From Salpingoeca rosetta (taxonomy: Eukaryota > Protista > Choanoflagellata), in assembly GCA_033442325.1 (NCBI GenBank), contig JAWQFM010000021.1, positions 887,189 through 951,188 of the forward strand: a DNA stretch of 64,000 bases, written 5' to 3'. The translations under genes and the position numbers were made by a program. This document shows, piece by piece, positions 57,973-64,000 of the stretch. Each line of letters starts with the position of its first letter. The stretch's first letter is position 1. The notes under the pieces are model-generated. The model was not told the origin of the DNA. It worked only from the letters and a program-made list of their open reading frames with translations, and did not search any database.

Positions 57973-59546
57973 CTGTGTGCTAGACGCGCCCGGTGTGCTT
58001 GTGGCTGCATATCGCACGCCAACGCGTCTCACATTCAATGCCATCTATCACAGGCTGACGCCATGCCGTCTTCGGAAGTGTGAGCAGAAGGAGCAAGAAC
58101 TTGAACACCAGTTTGACAACGTGAGAATAGACCCTGTCCATGCGTGCGTGCGTGCGTGTGGGCGTTTGTGCCTGCGTGTGTGCGTGGGTGTATATCACCA
58201 ACGAAGACAACCTCTTGCTCACCTCCCAATATGCGCGCCCGCTCACATCAACATGCACGAAATGTGCATTCCCAACTTACATTTCCATCACTCAATACAG
58301 TACTTTCACCCATCAAACAAGATTGTGCCATCACCATCACCCTGGCGCTCGCGCGCACCCCGCGGGCCGCGCTTTCCAAACGTGTTCAAGGCTGTTACTG
58401 CATCTGTTGCCCCGCACAAGAACAAAACGAGCAACGATGGCAACGACGACGATGACCACCGTCACGTGAACGCGTTGCGGCAGGAGCTGGAACGCGCGTG
58501 CATTGAAGAAGTGCCAGAGATTCAAACGCAGGCGCCACAGCAGCAGCAAGAGAAACCAGTCATGAGCACAGTGGCATGCCAGACCAACTTCAGTTTCCCG
58601 CCAACGGCCGTGGTGACCTTCACAGTCGCTGACGGTGGTGCGTGCAACCGGTTGCGGCAGTCACAAGAGGAGGAGGAGGAGGAACCAACAGAGGTGCGCG
58701 TGAATGTGAAGGTGGCCACACAGACAACAGCAACAGCAACAGCGGCAGGTGCCGATCTATTTAATGTCAGCGCCATTGAAGCCATGGAAGACACCACCAG
58801 CGGCGAGCACCTTGTGGACGGCGACAGCAGCCAAGTTGCACCCTCCCCGCAAGGCAAGCAGCCACGGGACGAACAAGAACAGCAACAGGAGCAGCAGCAG
58901 GCACGTGCGCCACCTGCCATAGTGGTGTGTTCGCCAGATGCTTCGAGTAGCGATGACCCGGACAATGTGCAGCAAGACGACAACGGCAAGGCCGACAATG
59001 CTGCTGCAGAGGGCGACGTGTGCTCGCAGCAGACTGAACACGGCAACAGCAAGACCACGGCGAACGTGGATGGAACGTACCTTGGTCCCGATGCAGGTGA
59101 CGCTGAGCTTGGCGTGTGTCCCATTTCACCTCAACGCAAGCAGCACCAGGCACGGCCCTCTGAGGTACCAGGCACCACCACAACAGCAACAACAACAACG
59201 ACACCTCTGACAGCGACGCTGGTGCCTGAGCCAAGCACATCCCCTTTTCACATATTTGTTGAAGATTTAGAAAAGTCACAGCAGCATCAGCAGCAGCAGA
59301 GTGTTGTGTCGCAGTCGAGTCGCCCCGCGTCAAGTACGCCTCGCAAGCGCGCCCGTGTTCGCAGGAGCACGCGTGCGAACAGCCTCAATGGTACCGATGG
59401 CGACAACCCCAACGTGCTGCCTGTGTCGCGCATCTTGTCTATGCACGCCGACACCGTCATCAACACTGGCAGTGTGTCACGGCAGAGCTCGCCCATGCGA
59501 GGGCGGTCAAGAGGGTGCTCGTTCTCCCAGCAAATGCAGCAGCAGC

Positions 59547-59586
<40 letters not shown>

Positions 59587-61696
59587 GCACGGCCACGATA
59601 TTCATAACCTGAGCAACGCTTCTCTCTCGTTTATCGTGTGGGAGAACGATGTGGAGGATGCATGCCAACCCGCGCCCTCGCCCTACATGCGCCCCGTCGC
59701 ACCGCCACCACTGCTCTCGTTTGCGGAGGAGCACAACAAGCACGCGCTGGTAGCACTGTCATCGCCAGTTGTCATTGCGCGGGGCGACCCGACTGACACC
59801 GCGGACGATGACAGTGAATGGGAGGCAGTGCTCACGGAACGGACGCTTCACCCACGCACGCTCAAGGAAGCGTTGGAAGGCACCGGTGGCATTGGTGGTG
59901 ACGGACGTGTTGATGATGAGAAGACGAAAGTGGGCACATGCGCCCGTCCACAGCCCATCTACGCCACCGGCAACGGCGATGACGATGATGATGACGGCGG
60001 TAGCGACGAGCACAGCAGCATGTCCGACAACGACGAAGGCGCTGTGGGCAACGATGGCCATGGCGATGGTGATGTACACCGGCAACAGCTTGCACACCCC
60101 ATGCTGGCTGGTGTACATGCCCTCAACGCGAGTGACACCAGCGGCTGCTTCCTTCGCGTGCCAAATGCAGAGACAACAGCTGCCACAGCGACGATTGGCT
60201 GGGGTCCAGATGCAGACCCGCACGATGCCTGCAAGCACGATGGCGAGTGCGATGGCGACGGAAAGAAGTGTGCCTGCACGCGGTGCACGCTGACCACGCT
60301 CTCGTACAGCATCGAAACGCTTCGGCTCTCGTGCACGGCACTGACTGAGCGCGTACAGCTGCGGCGACACACGCCGCTGCCTTCCCAGTCGGACTGCGCC
60401 AGCGACGCCGAGTGCGCTGGCCCTGAGCGCAGTGAAGATGACGTGGGTAGCGATGATGACGAGCGTGATGTTGGTGGTGATGAGCACACTGCTCACGGTG
60501 GCGCAAACGATGAAGACCACGAGGAGCAAAGCGGCGGTGAGGAACAGCGTGGCGGCCTTGCGGATGTGGGGGAGTTGGAGACCTGCCGCGAAACCGATGA
60601 TGAGGCCGACGGCGATGTGTCCTCTCTTGAACGCGACGAAGGCGACAAGATGAAAGAGAGCACGAGCAGTGGCGCTGAAGATGAAGATGACCATGGTGAA
60701 GCGCTTCGTGAAGAAGTAGACACCAGTGCTGATGCAGATCAGGAGGGAGGTGTGCAAGCCATGCGCTTCAGCCCCGTGATGGTGGCGGCATCCGCACGAC
60801 CGCAAACACCACCACCACCACCGCCGCCGTCACGAACGCCGACGACAGCCGTGTGGCATGACGGCCATGACATGGGCGCGGAGAGCCGCGCTTTTCTGCG
60901 CATGGATCACACGGAGCGTGAGCATTTGCCGTGGCTGCGGCAACACCCCTCCGCAGGCGCTGCCATGTTCGATGACCGTGCGCCGGCGCAGGTCAGCACA
61001 CCAAGCCGGCCGGCAACGGCAATGAGCATGCGTCGCAGCAGCCGCGGTGGCGCGACTCCACGCAGCGCTCTCTCCAGCGGCGCTGTCAGCCCCATCCTGG
61101 GCGCAGACGTGCCGCGGCAGCGTGTCTTCCACGTCAACAAGCGCAGCAACGCGGGTACCTCTTCTGCACCGCAGGACCAGCGCCACCACCGGCGCATACA
61201 GCCCTCGCCACCAGCAGCCATGCACACGCGCACAGCGCCCAACACGCCGTCTGACCTTATGCCGGGGCTGCACGCGCGCCTGGCCGCCATGCGGGTTGAG
61301 ACGAGCAGGCTGGTGCGGAGTCACGCAGAGTCATCTTCCTCGGTGCTATCACCGTCGCCAAAGTTGATGCCGTCTTCTCGGCCGCGTGAACTGCCAAAGC
61401 CCCCGACGGACCACGCTCAGCAGACCAACCGCAGCAGCACGTTGTACAACCAGAGCTCTTTGCACACTGCGGACGATTCATACGCGCGCCTGGGCATGCT
61501 TCCTCTTCAGCGCGACCAGCAGCAGCAGCGCCGTCAGCGCGCTCGCGGTGCTCCTTTTGCTTCTTCCCGTGTTACACCTGCTTCTTCAAGCTCCGCGATT
61601 GCACCGACAACGACGCTGGCCCGCGTTGACCTGGGACACCTGCACCTCGACGCACACCGCTTCTCCCGTCACAACAAGCGCACAAAGCCGCGATGA
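56556..61696 (+). CDS. BORA: Aurora borealis (Bora)-like Aurora A/Plk1 activator with a long disordered C-terminus; 4 exons
   Basis: FNWSIEDRAVF|FPVEMDE (compare Bora FRWSIDQLA..PVEID), YFHPSNKIVPSPSPW (compare FFTKDVIVPSPW) and VACQTNFSFP (compare ACQTLLSLP). Many SP/TP sites, a D-box-like RAPLSDIRN and a KEN motif. Confidence 0.75.
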
Positions 61697-61948
61697 GGAG
61701 TTGGGGAGCGGAAGAGCTGGTGGTGCACTCTGCTTCCGCTCGCCAACATTTCAGCAGGCCGAGCTCTGTGCTACTGTTTGTGGTGTTGGTTCCGAAAAAT
61801 AAAAATGCACCAATTGTTTATTTTGAGATACTTGATGGGTGTTTTGGTCATTTTTCAACAACCCAGACGAAAACACACGGCAAGGTGTGAAAGCGGAGAT
61901 GGAAGCTGCGCAGTGTGTGTGTGTGTGTGTGTGTGTGTCTGTGTGTCT

Positions 61949-61993
<45 letters not shown>

Positions 61994-62257
61994 TGTGTCT
62001 GTGTGTCTGTGTCTGTGTCTGTGTGTCTGTGTCTGTGTCTATGTGTCTGTGTATCTGTGTGTCTGTGTGTGCTTCTCTTTTTGTGTCATTCAAACCTGTC
62101 TGTTCTCTTGACACAACTACGTTTGTTCGTGCACATGGCAACACCAGTAGCGGCGTTTGTTCGCCTCATTGCCCCTGTGCTCACATGTTCCTGCTTGCTA
62201 CTCCAACCTTGCAGCCCACCCTCCTCTTCCACCAACCGCCACCAACTACAACCAACC

Positions 62258-63051
<794 letters not shown>

Positions 63052-63506
63052 GTAGTGATGAGCTGAGTGTTGTGTGGAAAGTGCGCTTGTGTTTCGTTGT
63101 ATTGTTGTTGGCGAGTTAGCGTGTGGCTGGTGTATCTGTGTACGTCGCATGTGATTAAGTGTGCATGTTATGTGTTTGTGTGGCGTATTTTTGTTTGTGT
63201 TTGTGCGCGTGTGCTTCTGCAGATGCTGTCACTGCCAGCCGGGTTAGCGTGCGCCATCCCGAATCGTTGTGCTTGTTGCTTCCAATGCCAGTAAACAACA
63301 CAACCGTGACTGACACCTCTGCCAGGAAAGATTTATGTCTTATGTGGTCTCCACAGCCACACACACGTACGCTGGCGTACAAGCTGCGCCCAATGTACAC
63401 CCCTCACCCTCGCAACAAGCACAGTCACAACACAACACCTACGCCTACACCAAAGCCACCACCAAAAACGTCCGCGCCACTACCACCACCACCATCACCG
63501 CTGCTG

Positions 63507-63970
63507 CTACCTGCGCCTGTTTTTTGCCTTTCTCGCCTCAAACCCGCGTGATTTCGCACCCAGTCGCTTCCCGCGCAGCGCAGCAATCTCCAGCTCAAGC
63601 GGTAGCCGTTCCACCACGCCAACACCCTGAGCGCCGTGTGATGGTGTGGTGGTGTGGTGTGGTGTGGTGTAATGATGTGGTGGGGATGGGGTCGACACAT
63701 CCAAGATATCCATCAGATATTCGCCAAGTTCATGTCAAGGCAGCCGACACAAAGAAGAGGCACACAGCGCACGGAGTTCAGCACCGCCACAGCAAACAGC
63801 ACAGCAAACAGCACACTGACCTGCGGGGCCCAGACGGTGATGGTCACCTCAGCCTCATCTGCATATGTAATGACGAACGAGCACACGCCTGCCACCGTCA
63901 CCTCGCCACACGCCCGCTTCCAGCCCGCACCGCGAAAGGTAAAGGTGTGCGGCACACGTGCAGGGAGCGC
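63507..63970 (-). CDS. 3' exons of a probable NOA1/YqeH-family GTPase (5' part outside window)
   Basis: GAGWKRACGEVTVAGVCSFVIT..VTITVWAPQ|GVGVVERLPLELEIAALRGKR resembles the C-terminal domain of NOA1/YqeH. No G-domain is visible in the window. Confidence 0.5.
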
Positions 63971-64000
63971 CTGTAGCAGTGGTAGTGTGTGCGGGGTGGT

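Overview
Eukaryotic, intron-rich, GC-rich genomic DNA full of (CA)n/(TG)n microsatellites. The style suggests a choanoflagellate such as Salpingoeca rosetta (inference only). There are three 100-N assembly gaps. Most ORFs in the six-frame track are microsatellite artefacts, so genes were rebuilt by hand from GT-AG exons. Gene order: alsin/ALS2-like (5'-partial, +); an intronless very-large-GTPase gene (GVIN/VLIG family, -) split by an apparent 5-nt duplication; a TSP1-repeat PKDCC/POMK-like kinase missing its catalytic C-lobe (-); TRAX/TSNAX (+); PPIL4 (-), interrupted by two foreign C1-domain exons; PIKfyve/Fab1 (+); pinocchio-like (-); OS-9/ERLEC1-like lectin with a long unknown C-terminus (+); an unrecognised type-I membrane protein with a metallothionein-like Cys-rich tail (-); Bora-like (+); ATP synthase epsilon (+); and the 3' end of a NOA1/YqeH-like gene (-). 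Eight genes form four very tight head-to-head pairs, and introns tend to carry (TG)n near the donor and (CA)n near the acceptor.
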